Positions 37,778-48,339 of a stretch of DNA of 64,000 bases are shown here, piece by piece. The DNA lies in the IMG/VR virus record IMGVR_UViG_3300025810_000004, positions 94,947-158,946 of that record. One strand, 5' to 3'. The DNA comes from a virus. The first letter of the stretch is position 1, and every line of letters starts with the position of its first letter. The notes under the pieces were generated by a model. That model had not been told where the DNA came from and did not search any database. It was given only the letters and a program-made list of their open reading frames with translations. The translations under genes and the position numbers were made by a program.

Positions 37778-38396
37778 GCAGCTCAAACATACGCCCCAGA
37801 ACTTTGTCAGACCCCGGTGGGCTCAGCCTCAGAATTCCCAGCTGGTAAGCCTTCTCAAGGTCCCCAAGGAATATCTGCGTCCCTTCTCCTGAGCTGCAGT
37901 CCTCTCCGTATATCGATCTGCACAGGGCCTCTATCTTTGGTTCTGCCTTCTTGGCAGAGGCCACGAGTTCGATTCGGAGCTTTGGAAACAGTTCTTTTTT
38001 GGTCTGCCCCACCAATTTCTTCAGGGCCATTTTCACGTCGTCCTTGTCGAACTCTATACGCTTTCTGGGTTCGTTTTCGTAGTCTCCCAGTGCTCTGACA
38101 CTCTTCAGCAGGTCCAGGTACTCCCAGTCCCTTCGGGACAGACCCATGGACTCTTGACCGTATAGGAAGTCCTGAATTATCCCGGAAGTTATAAGGGGGT
38201 CTTCGGCGTCGAATAGGGACAGCCAGCCCCTCTTCTTCCCCTGAACTATCCGGTCCGCGAGTTCGGCGTGAGTCCCCCATTTGCTCGTCATCTGGTCGGC
38301 TATCTTGAACACGATTTCGGCTATTTCGTCTGGATTTACCAGACGTTCTACGCTACCCGGAATCCCCTGTTCAAACAGCAGTTGTGTTCTAGCCAT
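37767..38396 (-). CDS. Hypothetical protein
   Basis: Starts 3 nt after the upstream minus-strand gene ends. Confidence 0.65.
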   Translation of the reverse strand: MARTQLLFEQGIPGSVERLVNPDEIAEIVFKIADQMTSKWGTHAELADRIVQGKKRGWLSLFDAEDPLITSGIIQDFLYGQESMGLSRRDWEYLDLLKSVRALGDYENEPRKRIEFDKDDVKMALKKLVGQTKKELFPKLRIELVASAKKAEPKIEALCRSIYGEDCSSGEGTQIFLGDLEKAYQLGILRLSPPGSDKVLGRMFELLRS

Positions 38397-38399
38397 CTT

Positions 38400-39200
38400 T
38401 CAATCCACTATGACGTTGAGCACTCCCGGACCCCAGGAGGTGAGAACGTATCCGTTTCTCGTCTTCTGCGAAGTCACAGATCCAGAAGTGAACACCCTCA
38501 TATTTGACTCTTCTATAAACAACCGACCGAAGCGTCTCCTGTTGGACTTCTTCTTGGGTGTTGTCTGAAGTTGGTTCAGGCTTTTTAGGGACTCTTCGAA
38601 GGTTTGACCCAATATACCAAGGGCCTTCAGGGCTCCTATCGTTCTGTCGCCCACTATCCCGTCTATGGGTCCGCAGGGAATTCCGAGTTTATGGAGACCA
38701 GCCTGTATACTCCTCTCTGTCACTCTCCCTCCTTCCCACTTGTCGACTTCCAACTGGCTGGCGACGCACATCGAGTACCAAGAGTGCTCCCCTCTGCCTT
38801 CTCCCTGGAGAGAATCCCCCACGTTGATCCAATCGCCGAAATAGTGGAAAACGTGGCTTGTAGGTGAGGGGAGGGGGTATCGGTCCCAGGGTACGAAGCC
38901 ATTGGGCACGAGGACAGACCACAGAACGCTAAGGAGGGCCTCTCCTCGGTCTTCCCTTGAGCTTTTGAGTTCTATGCAGACTTCCCGCCCCGTCTGCAGC
39001 ATAGAAGCAAAGGGAGACATTTTCGTTGGACCGGGAGCGCGTTCCACGTCCCCCCAGTCCTTTATAGAGGTCGGGCAACCTCTGTAGGAGAGGCTGAACC
39101 TGTCCCCGTAGTTTTCGACCAGCTGGGAACCAGCCCTGTTGAGGGCCTCTATCGTATCCGGGGTGAGTAACGTGTTCTTGTGCTGGACGAGTTTTGGCAT
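38400..39200 (-). CDS. Peptidoglycan-binding-domain protein
   Basis: SIQAGLHKLGIPCGPIDGIVGDRTIGAL is a PG_binding_1-type motif. Confidence 0.72.
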   Translation of the reverse strand: MPKLVQHKNTLLTPDTIEALNRAGSQLVENYGDRFSLSYRGCPTSIKDWGDVERAPGPTKMSPFASMLQTGREVCIELKSSREDRGEALLSVLWSVLVPNGFVPWDRYPLPSPTSHVFHYFGDWINVGDSLQGEGRGEHSWYSMCVASQLEVDKWEGGRVTERSIQAGLHKLGIPCGPIDGIVGDRTIGALKALGILGQTFEESLKSLNQLQTTPKKKSNRRRFGRLFIEESNMRVFTSGSVTSQKTRNGYVLTSWGPGVLNVIVD

Positions 39201-39254
39201 CGTTGAATCGCCTATTAGGAAAGTTGATAAAGTTCAACACATTTAAGGATACCC

Positions 39255-39968
39255 ATGGCTGCGAACATAAGAAGCGAGGTACCAGCCAAACCGACCGTGG
39301 ACGGGGCAAGCCGTGACGATTTGTCCGCTGGCGACGTTGTAACCCTCACCAGCATTGACGCTGCCACCACCTACACCTGGGACCTGGTTTTCATACCGGA
39401 GGGGAGCGCAGTAACCATAGTCGGGTCAGGGGTTTCTGTCAGTTTCACTGCAGACCTCGTTGGTCCTTATCTTGTGCGGCTGGTGGTAGATATAGGGCTG
39501 GCGACCGAGGACGTCCAATACGTCCGACTCCGGGCACTGACCACTTCACTCGGGCTGAAGCTGGTAGCAGCCGGAGAGCGCCGTGACTCCACAGGCGTGA
39601 TCCCGGTCGACGTGGACACCGGGGGCTGGGCGAACGAGCAGAATTACAACCTCCAGCGGCTTGAGTCTATCATCACGGCTGGTGGTGTGTGGGCAGTCAC
39701 AAGCGTGGGCGGACCCTCGTTCACCCCCGCGAACTTTGACTTCGTGGTCATCACCGCAGCAACGACCGAGATCACCCTCCCAGCCCCGTCCGCCAACGCC
39801 CGCATCGCGTTCAAGTTGGCCGTGGTTCCCGTAGATGTGCAGGTCAAGACGGACGCCGCTGGTGTGACCATCGACGGAACGGACTACTCAGGGGTTGGGC
39901 TCTCTATTGCCGCACAGTGGGAGCAGTTCAACGTGATCTCGGACGGCTCAAACTGGTTCATTTTCTGA
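39255..39968 (+). CDS. Putative virion protein with a PKD/Ig-like domain
   Basis: TYTWDL...FTADLVGPYLVRLVV; C-terminal ITLPA...SDGSNWFI resembles tail-fibre-type modules. Late motif at 39201-39216. Confidence 0.65.
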   Translation: MAANIRSEVPAKPTVDGASRDDLSAGDVVTLTSIDAATTYTWDLVFIPEGSAVTIVGSGVSVSFTADLVGPYLVRLVVDIGLATEDVQYVRLRALTTSLGLKLVAAGERRDSTGVIPVDVDTGGWANEQNYNLQRLESIITAGGVWAVTSVGGPSFTPANFDFVVITAATTEITLPAPSANARIAFKLAVVPVDVQVKTDAAGVTIDGTDYSGVGLSIAAQWEQFNVISDGSNWFIF

Positions 39969-39981
39969 TTCTGAGGTTGGC

Positions 39982-41586
39982 ATGGCTTATTCCCCCGCAG
40001 TTCGCAGCACCGTAGACACAGGCAATAGCACCACCGCTGCTCTTGGAGCGGCTGGTGTTTTTACAGGGTCTTGGACCGATGTCGAGGTCTGGAACGGCAT
40101 CAGTGTCATTCTCAAGGGCACGGCGGTGGCTACGGCTCCCGGCACACTGGTCATGCAGTTCAGCCAGGACGGGGTCACGGTCACAAAGCCGATCACGGTT
40201 CCCGTGGAAGATATCGGTGGCGTAATCTCCCCGCGAACGCTGGGCACCATCGCCAAGTATTTCCGGGTGGTGTACACCAACGGCGCACAAGCGCAGACCA
40301 CGTTCAGCCTTCAGACGATGTTGCACACTTCGCAGGTCAACCCCGTATCCCGGCTGGATGACGGGTTCGATAACGAGGATGTTATCAACGTGCGGGCTGC
40401 TCCGACAGGGGCGCAGCCTGACGGCGACTATGTGAATGGCAAGGCAGACGGCACTGCGTTCTCTTCGGTTGCGCCGCTGGTAGCGGGTGCCACGTACAAC
40501 TCAGGTTGGATCGACACGGACGGGTGGGTCTCCATCGAGTTGTTCGTCTCCACCGACGAGTTGTCCGCATCGGGAGGCATCGTCGTTGAGTTCACCGACG
40601 ACGTGCAGGGTGGTGCCGTGGTCCGGTCGTCTACAGTCTATTCCTACACGCAAACGGACATCGACCGAGGGTACTTGGAACTCGACCTCCCCGTTCGACT
40701 TGACGGGTTCCGGGTGCGGTACACCAACGGGGCATCGAATCAGGGCTCCTTCTTCCTTCAAGCCGACCTTCGTGTCAACGCCACCCCCCTCCGCACGAAC
40801 GCTGCGGGTGCCTTGATCACCAACGACTTTGAGATCGAGGTCGCGCTGGGGAACATCCCTAACCACACCAATGGCACCAAGTTCGGGTCGGTTCTGGACA
40901 TCGACAACGCGGATCCTACCCCCGTCACGGTTTGGCGTGCGGGAGATAGCGGCTCTGCTTTTCGCCGCAAGACCTTCGCCACGGTAGCCGCGAACCTGTG
41001 GGTCGCCAGTACAGACAATGCTGACACCGCTGACATCACTCTGATCATCAACGACGCGAGCAACGCCCTCGTCACGGCCACCGTGACCCTGACGGGTCAG
41101 ACCCCGGTAGACACAGGGGTGAGCGCCCTCGACTGCAACACAGCCTATATCAGCGGCAACGACCAGACGCTCGCCGGGGATGTGTGGGTCACCAACGCGA
41201 ACAACTTCGTCGCACCCGGAGTTGGTGGCGGTGTTCCGGTTGATCCCACCGAGGTTCAAGCCTACATCCCGGCAGCGGACGGGCGAACCCAGCAGGCTGT
41301 GTACCGAGTCCCCTTTGACACCACCATGGTCATCCGGGAGTTCCACGCTTCGATGCAAGCGGGCACGGGACAAGCGGCGGCTAAGGTCAAAGTGCTGGTC
41401 TGCAAGCCCAACGAGTCGTGGTACACGCTTCGCCCCTACGCGCTGACCAACTACATCGCGCTGGAGCGGCCAGAAATCATCACCCTTCCAGCGGGAACCT
41501 TCGTTGAGGTTGTGCTTGACGACGTGGCCTCAAACAACACCGACACCGTGGTCATCTTCAACTACGACCTCATTGTGGGGGCATAG
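39982..41586 (+). CDS. Putative virion protein with a duplicated N-terminal beta-sandwich
   Basis: STTAALGAAGVFTGSWTD...FRVVYTNGAQAQTTFSLQ repeats as SVAPLVAGATYNSGWID...FRVRYTNGASNQGSFFLQ. Confidence 0.7.
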   Translation: MAYSPAVRSTVDTGNSTTAALGAAGVFTGSWTDVEVWNGISVILKGTAVATAPGTLVMQFSQDGVTVTKPITVPVEDIGGVISPRTLGTIAKYFRVVYTNGAQAQTTFSLQTMLHTSQVNPVSRLDDGFDNEDVINVRAAPTGAQPDGDYVNGKADGTAFSSVAPLVAGATYNSGWIDTDGWVSIELFVSTDELSASGGIVVEFTDDVQGGAVVRSSTVYSYTQTDIDRGYLELDLPVRLDGFRVRYTNGASNQGSFFLQADLRVNATPLRTNAAGALITNDFEIEVALGNIPNHTNGTKFGSVLDIDNADPTPVTVWRAGDSGSAFRRKTFATVAANLWVASTDNADTADITLIINDASNALVTATVTLTGQTPVDTGVSALDCNTAYISGNDQTLAGDVWVTNANNFVAPGVGGGVPVDPTEVQAYIPAADGRTQQAVYRVPFDTTMVIREFHASMQAGTGQAAAKVKVLVCKPNESWYTLRPYALTNYIALERPEIITLPAGTFVEVVLDDVASNNTDTVVIFNYDLIVGA

Positions 41587-41660
41587 AGATGCACCCGGAG
41601 GTTCGCAGCGAGAAGCACCGAAGTCTGGGCCCCAGGATCCTCTGTTCCGTAGGAGCTTGA

Positions 41661-44600
41661 GTGCCTGTATACCTTCCAGGACTAACCCTCGGCGGCCTCG
41701 GCTACGGCGGGGCTTCCTACGGCTACTCGCCTTATGGGTCGGGTGTTCATCCACGCCTTCCAGTTCCTACGACTGGGGGCTACGGCGGAGCGTCATATGG
41801 CCTCGCTTCGTATGGCTCCGTTGACATAACCCCTCCGAGAGTCACCGGGGCCGTGTCTCTGGATGGCTACAGGGTCGAGGTGTTCTTCAGCGAAGATATG
41901 GCTGGTGACTCTGCCCTTGTTGACCCAGCCAACTATTCGTTCTCTGACGTTTACGGGGTTCCTGTATCGACTGTGCAGGTTCAGCTCGGGATGAGTTCTG
42001 GGCTAGGTTTCTCTTCAGTCATAGTGGTCCACTCCGGCACTACGCTGGGCGGTCAGTATCTGGTAGAGGTTACCGGACCCACCGACATAGCTGGTAACCC
42101 GGTAGGACCCCCACCAACGAATTCGACTTCCTTCTACTCTCTGGGTGATCAGGCTTCAGCCCTGGTCTCAATACCACCTCCCCCGGAAGACGACGGCAGA
42201 ACCGTCCGGGTGGACTTCAAAAACAGCCTGGGAGATTCCCAGGCCATGCTGACTGAGGCTGAATTCTCGCCTGGGGTGGAAAGCACCTCTTCTTATGGTA
42301 CCGAAACCAGCTATCCCGTAGCGCCAACCATAGGCTCCGCAACACAGAACCCAACCCTCCTCAGTCAGGTGGACCTGGACGTCCACCCCATGACCAGCGC
42401 CACGTACGACCTCACACTTGGTCCCAGCCTTTCCATGGACTACGAGGGTGGTCTTCTGCCAGACGACGACCCGAATTTCGCAGGAACCGAGATAGGAACC
42501 GGGTCCAGCTCTTTGGGGACCTCGGTTCTTGTACTCTCCAAGGGCCCCGCCGTGCAGTACGGTTGGTCGTTTGGGGACACCACGGGAAGGATGGTTGCAG
42601 GAACCTCCTACAGGCTCGACTTCGAGTTCAGCACTTCTGGCACGACCATAACCCCGGCAGTAACCAACTCCACTCTCGGTGTGCTGTCTGCCTCTGACGG
42701 GGTTATCCAGATAGACGTTGGTCTGGCCTCCCAGCTGGGCACCGAGGTGTTGGAAATAACCTCCGGTGCCTTCTCAGCTCAGGTCCCCGCCGTTTGGAAC
42801 GACTCAAACACGCACACCGTGTCGGTCATAAGGAACCAGAAGGGGGACTTCTATTCGGTCCTGTTCGACGGGGTTCCTCTTTCCACGTTCTCCATAGCCT
42901 CCGCCACCGGAGCGGCTGTATACGCGGCTGGGTCTGCATTCGTTCTTGGAACCGCCCACGAGGTGAGTCTGTTCAAGCTGAACAGGGTGAAACTCACCTC
43001 CTCCTCCACCCTGTTCACGAGTGCCTGGAACTTCATCCACGGACTGGAAGAATCGTTCACCGGGTCGAGCGTCCTGACTCGTGACCGCATTCTCACCAAG
43101 TATGGGCCTCTCGTTCGCGGTTGGGGGGACAACACACCCGCCACAAAGCAGGACGTGGAAGTCAGGGTGGACGGGGTGGCTGTTTCCTTGGCGGGTGTGA
43201 ACCCGTATGTGGGAGAGGTTTACCCTGAGATCCCCATACCTCTGGCGGCAGCTGGAACCCTCAGCGTTGAGGTGGACTACATCTGGTTCAGAACCCCAGC
43301 CATGGAGATGGCTGGGCTGAACACGCGTGGTCTCACTTTGAACACCTGGGATAGGAGTTCTGGGCACACCTCTCCCCCTGAGCCGGGTCCCACACCCATA
43401 AGCGCCACGGGAACGGTGAAGACCAACAGGTTCTCGCTCGGTGTGGCTCTCGCCCCGTATGCCAGAAAGAGCCCGGAGCAAATAGGTCACAAGTACATCG
43501 GGTACCAGAAGGAGTATTCGGCCCTTCTGAACACGGAGTCGACGCTCAAACTCAACCAGAACCCCCACGCCATTTCTGTGGGAGACATAACCGTTGAGGC
43601 TCTGGTGGAATCCGGGGTGTTCGACGGAACCACGACTCCGGCTGCGGCCCCAACGCCTTGGGACTTTGATGGGGAGGACGATGGGTCTGTAGTAGGGGAC
43701 GGGACCTACAAGGTCGTGGATTCCTCCACCGGACCTTACGGGATAGGAACCGCTGCGATATACCACAGGGAGCTGGACCTATCGCTGGAGACGTTTGCGA
43801 GTATAACCTCCAGATTCTTGGTCGACAGCTACGTTCTTGACGGGGTTTTCACGGGGGTCGGATTCGGAATCCACGATGGTGCCAACCTGATAATGGTCGG
43901 TGCCCTCGTCGTGGATGGAGTGAAACACGTCGGTATTCTCCTCGACGGTTCGAACCCGCACCTTGAGGAAAGTTGGCAGGTTGGACCTGCTTCCGACGCA
44001 GAGGCGAAGTCCAGCACTGAGATTCTCATACCCTTCGGGGAGGCCCCCGTAGGTCTGTATCCGGGGCAGAAGTTCAGGGTTCCCAGTGGACCCCAGAAGG
44101 GGGTGTACACCATCGGGGAGTGCGGACTGGACACAGAGTCGGACAGTGTGGGGAACACGTTCGTTGAGATAACGTTCTCCCCGGCTCTTCCCTATTCGAT
44201 AGACCTGTACGAGGGCAGGGATTTCCCGGTTGTCTTCGAGGTTCCTTGGGACACCAATCTGGTTTCGTTCAGGCTGAATTCCGAGTTCCCGGAAGGGGGA
44301 ATGACGATAAGGCTGGGCGGGGTCTTGTCGGCGGTTCTGGCCGACACATCGGTGGAATATCCGGCCACCCTCCCAGCTCCGGTTGAAACCTCGCTGTTGA
44401 TACCCGCTTCCGACAAGGGAGAGGTATTCTGGGGCTCCATATCCAGACGGGCCGAATCAGAAAGCCTCTGGGATTTCGTCCAATACGAGTCCAGCCCCAC
44501 CATAATACACCAGACGGTTCAGGGTGTTCAGGTCACGAATAACACCGACGCTGTTCTGACCGACCCGTGGTATGAAGTCGGTGGGCTTGGGGAAGCAAAG

Positions 44601-47159
44601 GTAGATCCAAACACGGGCACCAAGCTTCTGGTGAGGTCCACCAGCGCGAGTCCTCCCTCCCAGAACGTCCCGACGGAGTTCTGCTATGAGAGGGTGGAAC
44701 CGTTCCTGGCTATAAGGAAGTCCTCGCTCGACGCAAACTTCGAGTTCCAGGTCACGACCGGAGTGGAAGGGGTGGGGAACGCCTCTTTCAGAGCGCTGGA
44801 CACTCGCAAGAAGTCGCTTCTGACCACCATCCTGTACGTGGACACCCCCTCCAGTTCGGGGGCGATAAAGAGGCGGGTCATAACGGGCAGACCCAAGGTT
44901 TCCCTGAGCGGCCTCCAGTCCCCAACCGACGCCGGGTATACCCGGTCCGCATTTTCGACGGCGAGTGACCCATTTGTCAGGGGGCAGGTTCTCGAATTCA
45001 CCAAGAGCACTTCCCAGGTTGCCGAATGGACCTTGTCTTCAACCGGAGACTCCCTGGTAGAAGACGAGGGGATGGTCCTTGAGTGCAGACTGGCGATAGG
45101 TACTGGCACCACCGTAGGGGATACGGGGATAGGCTTCGTCATAGGCGGGAACGTCGCGATAAGCACCACGGAAAGCAGGACCGTGCAACTCTCCTTCTCC
45201 GGTGGGGGGAAGGACACGATAGACCTGTTGGACGCGAACGAAGCGGTGGTTGTCTCCTTCGCCTTCCCTGGAACGACCTGGGAGGACGGAGCATTTCACA
45301 GCTACAAACTGTCTTGCGACCCGGTAGCAGACATAGTGGTGCTCTCCATAGACGACGTGGTTATAGGGAACGAGCCTCTATCTTCGTTCTCTGGAGGGAC
45401 GGGGGCAGTATCCCACACGATAGAGAACCAGATTTCCACAGTGGGGACCGGAGAATTCAGCGAGGTGGTGCTGGATTCTGTATACGCAATACCGCTTCGG
45501 GTGAAAGCTACGGGTACAGACACGATAGGCAGAACTCTGGGGTTCTTGGCACACAGGAACAAGAGAACAGGAGCACCTTCCTATACGGAATTGGAAGACA
45601 TAGACTCGTACGTAGTGCCGAGGTCGGACCTCGCACCGCACAGTCTGAACTCCAGCGCAGCGGCGACGATAGTACAGATGGACTACACGGCTTCTTCGGT
45701 GAACGCACGTGTGTTCCTGGACCCAGGCTGGGGGGTGTCACTGTACAGGCCGGACCTACCGTTGCCGCCGACCTCACCCGGAACGCCGGGAATAACGCCT
45801 GCAAACAGCACGGACCCACGTGACGCCTGGTGCACTCTGGAATACGCAGAGATGCCGCTGGATACAAGGTCCGGAGGAAATACTGCGAGGCAGCGCGGGG
45901 TAATAACCTTAGGGACTGGAATAGAGGAGTTCGCAGGCAAGAAGATAGGGACTACACTGTGGGGACCGACACCCATTTCGTACAGAGTGCGAGAGTTCCC
46001 ACATGCAGGGTACGGGCTGGCACCACAGAACATGGTGCTGAACCGACACACGACGCTGACCAGCGGCGAATACAACATAGACTCTGTACCGGAAACCAGA
46101 GAGATAGTATCCAGAAGCGCGGTTCTGGTGGTCATAACCGACTCCGTAGGGGCCTATAAGGCAGACAGGATATTCGTAGTCGTAGTGGACGGGGGTGTAG
46201 TACCAGCCGCAGACTACACATTCGACAAGATCACACAGGAACTGCGATTCGTATCAACGGCGGCGCTGCCTACATCGCACCACAAGGTGGCGGTGACGTT
46301 CGCGATAGGCAAGCCAGTAACCAAGCAATACCTGTGCGACCAGGAGATCGAAGAAACCGTAACGGTGCTGAACACAGGCACACCTGTACTGGTGCAGAGT
46401 GCGGATTATGCCGACGACAAATACGCTTCAGTAGAGATCTGCACGAACTCCTCCGGAGGAGACGAAGACGTACCCGCATTTGCGCCAGCATGCGACGTGG
46501 CGGGACTGACCGACATTGAAATACCAGTCACGATAAACAGCTCTTTCACCACAGAGACCGTACACGCAGCCAGCACACAGCTGCAGGGAACGGGAATAGT
46601 GGGTACCGGAACCTCGCTCGTCTCAGGGACTGCAGGGCTGTTCACGGCAAACGCACTGCCATATGCGAGACAGCAGCAGTCCACACTCAACTCGCTCGTA
46701 TACACGACCGCACACAACATACCGTTCACCAACGCGGCTGCTCCACAACGTGCACAGCAGCAGATGTCTGCACACTCACAGGGTGTGGCCATAATACTGG
46801 AGGATCGTTCCCCGAGAGAGGAAGACGCAAGCAGTCTGTTCTCAGGAGGAGAGGGGGACAACACACCACCTTCCATGGTGGACGTCCCTACAATAAACGC
46901 TGCATACGAAAACGTGCCGTCAGGAACACCGACCACAAACGGAAACGGAGCAGCCGCGTACGCACTGGAAGACTTCGCAACCACAGGCACGGTTTCGGTT
47001 GCAGGACCGGCGTTATTTTACACGGGAAGAACCACGATACAGGGTGGAAACCAGCTCCCTGCTTCGAGTACTGCGCAGCAGTATCTGGTGTTGTCAGGTG
47101 GTTCGGCTATAAACAAGACCCCGACCATAACCACAGGCATAGTCAGAGCAGCTAACTGA
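41661..47159 (+). CDS. Large putative virion protein (1832 aa) with a GYG-rich N-terminus and Ig-like/lectin-like domains
   Basis: GGASYG repeats, DITPPRV...VFFSE Ig-like start, and ConA-like strands (HTVSVIR...VLFDG; FHSYKL...LSIDD). Confidence 0.72.
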   Translation: MPVYLPGLTLGGLGYGGASYGYSPYGSGVHPRLPVPTTGGYGGASYGLASYGSVDITPPRVTGAVSLDGYRVEVFFSEDMAGDSALVDPANYSFSDVYGVPVSTVQVQLGMSSGLGFSSVIVVHSGTTLGGQYLVEVTGPTDIAGNPVGPPPTNSTSFYSLGDQASALVSIPPPPEDDGRTVRVDFKNSLGDSQAMLTEAEFSPGVESTSSYGTETSYPVAPTIGSATQNPTLLSQVDLDVHPMTSATYDLTLGPSLSMDYEGGLLPDDDPNFAGTEIGTGSSSLGTSVLVLSKGPAVQYGWSFGDTTGRMVAGTSYRLDFEFSTSGTTITPAVTNSTLGVLSASDGVIQIDVGLASQLGTEVLEITSGAFSAQVPAVWNDSNTHTVSVIRNQKGDFYSVLFDGVPLSTFSIASATGAAVYAAGSAFVLGTAHEVSLFKLNRVKLTSSSTLFTSAWNFIHGLEESFTGSSVLTRDRILTKYGPLVRGWGDNTPATKQDVEVRVDGVAVSLAGVNPYVGEVYPEIPIPLAAAGTLSVEVDYIWFRTPAMEMAGLNTRGLTLNTWDRSSGHTSPPEPGPTPISATGTVKTNRFSLGVALAPYARKSPEQIGHKYIGYQKEYSALLNTESTLKLNQNPHAISVGDITVEALVESGVFDGTTTPAAAPTPWDFDGEDDGSVVGDGTYKVVDSSTGPYGIGTAAIYHRELDLSLETFASITSRFLVDSYVLDGVFTGVGFGIHDGANLIMVGALVVDGVKHVGILLDGSNPHLEESWQVGPASDAEAKSSTEILIPFGEAPVGLYPGQKFRVPSGPQKGVYTIGECGLDTESDSVGNTFVEITFSPALPYSIDLYEGRDFPVVFEVPWDTNLVSFRLNSEFPEGGMTIRLGGVLSAVLADTSVEYPATLPAPVETSLLIPASDKGEVFWGSISRRAESESLWDFVQYESSPTIIHQTVQGVQVTNNTDAVLTDPWYEVGGLGEAKVDPNTGTKLLVRSTSASPPSQNVPTEFCYERVEPFLAIRKSSLDANFEFQVTTGVEGVGNASFRALDTRKKSLLTTILYVDTPSSSGAIKRRVITGRPKVSLSGLQSPTDAGYTRSAFSTASDPFVRGQVLEFTKSTSQVAEWTLSSTGDSLVEDEGMVLECRLAIGTGTTVGDTGIGFVIGGNVAISTTESRTVQLSFSGGGKDTIDLLDANEAVVVSFAFPGTTWEDGAFHSYKLSCDPVADIVVLSIDDVVIGNEPLSSFSGGTGAVSHTIENQISTVGTGEFSEVVLDSVYAIPLRVKATGTDTIGRTLGFLAHRNKRTGAPSYTELEDIDSYVVPRSDLAPHSLNSSAAATIVQMDYTASSVNARVFLDPGWGVSLYRPDLPLPPTSPGTPGITPANSTDPRDAWCTLEYAEMPLDTRSGGNTARQRGVITLGTGIEEFAGKKIGTTLWGPTPISYRVREFPHAGYGLAPQNMVLNRHTTLTSGEYNIDSVPETREIVSRSAVLVVITDSVGAYKADRIFVVVVDGGVVPAADYTFDKITQELRFVSTAALPTSHHKVAVTFAIGKPVTKQYLCDQEIEETVTVLNTGTPVLVQSADYADDKYASVEICTNSSGGDEDVPAFAPACDVAGLTDIEIPVTINSSFTTETVHAASTQLQGTGIVGTGTSLVSGTAGLFTANALPYARQQQSTLNSLVYTTAHNIPFTNAAAPQRAQQQMSAHSQGVAIILEDRSPREEDASSLFSGGEGDNTPPSMVDVPTINAAYENVPSGTPTTNGNGAAAYALEDFATTGTVSVAGPALFYTGRTTIQGGNQLPASSTAQQYLVLSGGSAINKTPTITTGIVRAAN

Positions 47160-47178
47160 TACTGAGTATCACTCACTG

Positions 47179-47874
47179 TCAGTCAATATCACTGACCCAA
47201 CCTACAATCCCTCCACCCCACCAGTGGACTTTGCTGTTCATCTTGTCCCTGTATGCAACTCCAAAGAAGTGTTCGTTGTCGAACAGGGGACACGGGGGAC
47301 CCAAACTGCGCCAACCAATCCTTGGGTCCTTCTCGTACAGAAGTGGGGCGATTCGACGAGATATCGAGGTCAGACTCTCCCTGCTGTTTCGACCCATTGA
47401 GGAAGCGATGGGTTTGTAGATACCTGTGCTTTGCAATTCGAGGACTCTGATACCCCAAACCTTTTCGTTGTGGATCGAGTTTTCGCTCCCCGTGACGGAA
47501 GAGTGTTCCCTCCTCAGAACAAAGTTCTTGAGTATCCCAATCCTCAAACCTGAACGTTCAACCGCGTGGTAGGTAAGACCATGGCCTATGATTTCCTTGA
47601 CCATGTGTCGGAACTTCTTTCCGTCTATCTGCTCCTCGATATAATCGATGGTATTCGATTGTATCGAGGCTATCGAATTGAGAGGTCGTTCTTCTTTGTT
47701 TGGTGGCACATCTGACTCCCGTCCGTGGAAGATTGCTCGATAGTAGGGAAATACCAGTATTTTGGGGGGTACGATACCCCTCTCCGGGTAGAGAAGGGCA
47801 AATGGAATCAGGCCAGTATTCCAAGAGGTCCCGAAGCCCAAATACAAGTCAAGGCCCCTCCCGTGTTTCTGCAT
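47179..47874 (-). CDS. Hypothetical protein
   Basis: 231-aa ORF converging on the structural block; start uncertain. Confidence 0.55.
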   Translation of the reverse strand: MQKHGRGLDLYLGFGTSWNTGLIPFALLYPERGIVPPKILVFPYYRAIFHGRESDVPPNKEERPLNSIASIQSNTIDYIEEQIDGKKFRHMVKEIIGHGLTYHAVERSGLRIGILKNFVLRREHSSVTGSENSIHNEKVWGIRVLELQSTGIYKPIASSMGRNSRESLTSISRRIAPLLYEKDPRIGWRSLGPPCPLFDNEHFFGVAYRDKMNSKVHWWGGGIVGWVSDID

Positions 47875-47964
47875 CGGTCGGTCGGTGACACCGAACCGAG
47901 CAGAACAGCAGGAGGGGCCAGTAGAGTGCTTCGGTTATCGATAATATCGAGATACAAATGAAGG

Positions 47965-48010
47965 CCCCCCAGCCGGATTGCCCCTTGCTCAAAGGCATCC
48001 GGCTGGGGGG
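47965..48010. terminator. Strong GC-rich hairpin, probable terminator of the minus-strand ncRNA transcript
   Basis: 14-bp stem ccccccagccggat / atccggctgggggg. Confidence 0.6.
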
Positions 48011-48026
48011 AATTCACATGAAAAGA

Positions 48027-48148
48027 AGCGGGAGGGAGGATTCGAACCTCCGAAAACCACCCCACAAGGGCCTTCGCCAGAGCAGAGTGGCGCAGCCACC
48101 ATGGCTGTCTTCGGTACGTCTGCCAACGCACCTTGCCTATCCCCTCGC
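48027..48148 (-). ncRNA. tRNA-like multi-arm RNA with no recognisable anticodon arm
   Basis: Acceptor-like GCGAGGG/CTCCCGC, perfect T arm GGAGG-TTCGAAT-CCTCC, D-like hairpin with TGGCAG loop, extra hairpins. Confidence 0.5.
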
Positions 48149-48214
48149 CCAGTGGCAGCTGGACACACAGTCACTCAGTATCACTGAGAACTGAAAGGGC
48201 TCCCGCGCAAAATT

Positions 48215-48306
48215 TGGTCTGTGGAGGGAGTCGAACCCACTTTATCCAACGTCGGAATCGAACCGACCTGCCAGCTGCCGCCGACTGCCATTCCAGGCTC
48301 ACAGAT
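48215..48306 (-). ncRNA. tRNA-like RNA with two T arms and a 3' CCA
   Basis: TCTGTG/CACAGA followed by CCA; GGAATGGCAG D-loop-like; GTCGG-TTCGATT-CCGAC and GTGGG-TTCGACT-CCCTC. Confidence 0.55.
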
Positions 48307-48339
48307 TTCCGAGGGAGGAGAGGAAAAACCTCCCCCCTT

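Noticed and set aside
41661-47159. Diversity-generating retroelement target suggested by the adenine skew
   Set aside because: No reverse transcriptase or TR/VR pair was seen, and the region is A-rich rather than A-depleted.
48027-48148. tRNA-Sec or intron-containing tRNA
   Set aside because: No TCA anticodon loop and no canonical anticodon stem around an insertion.
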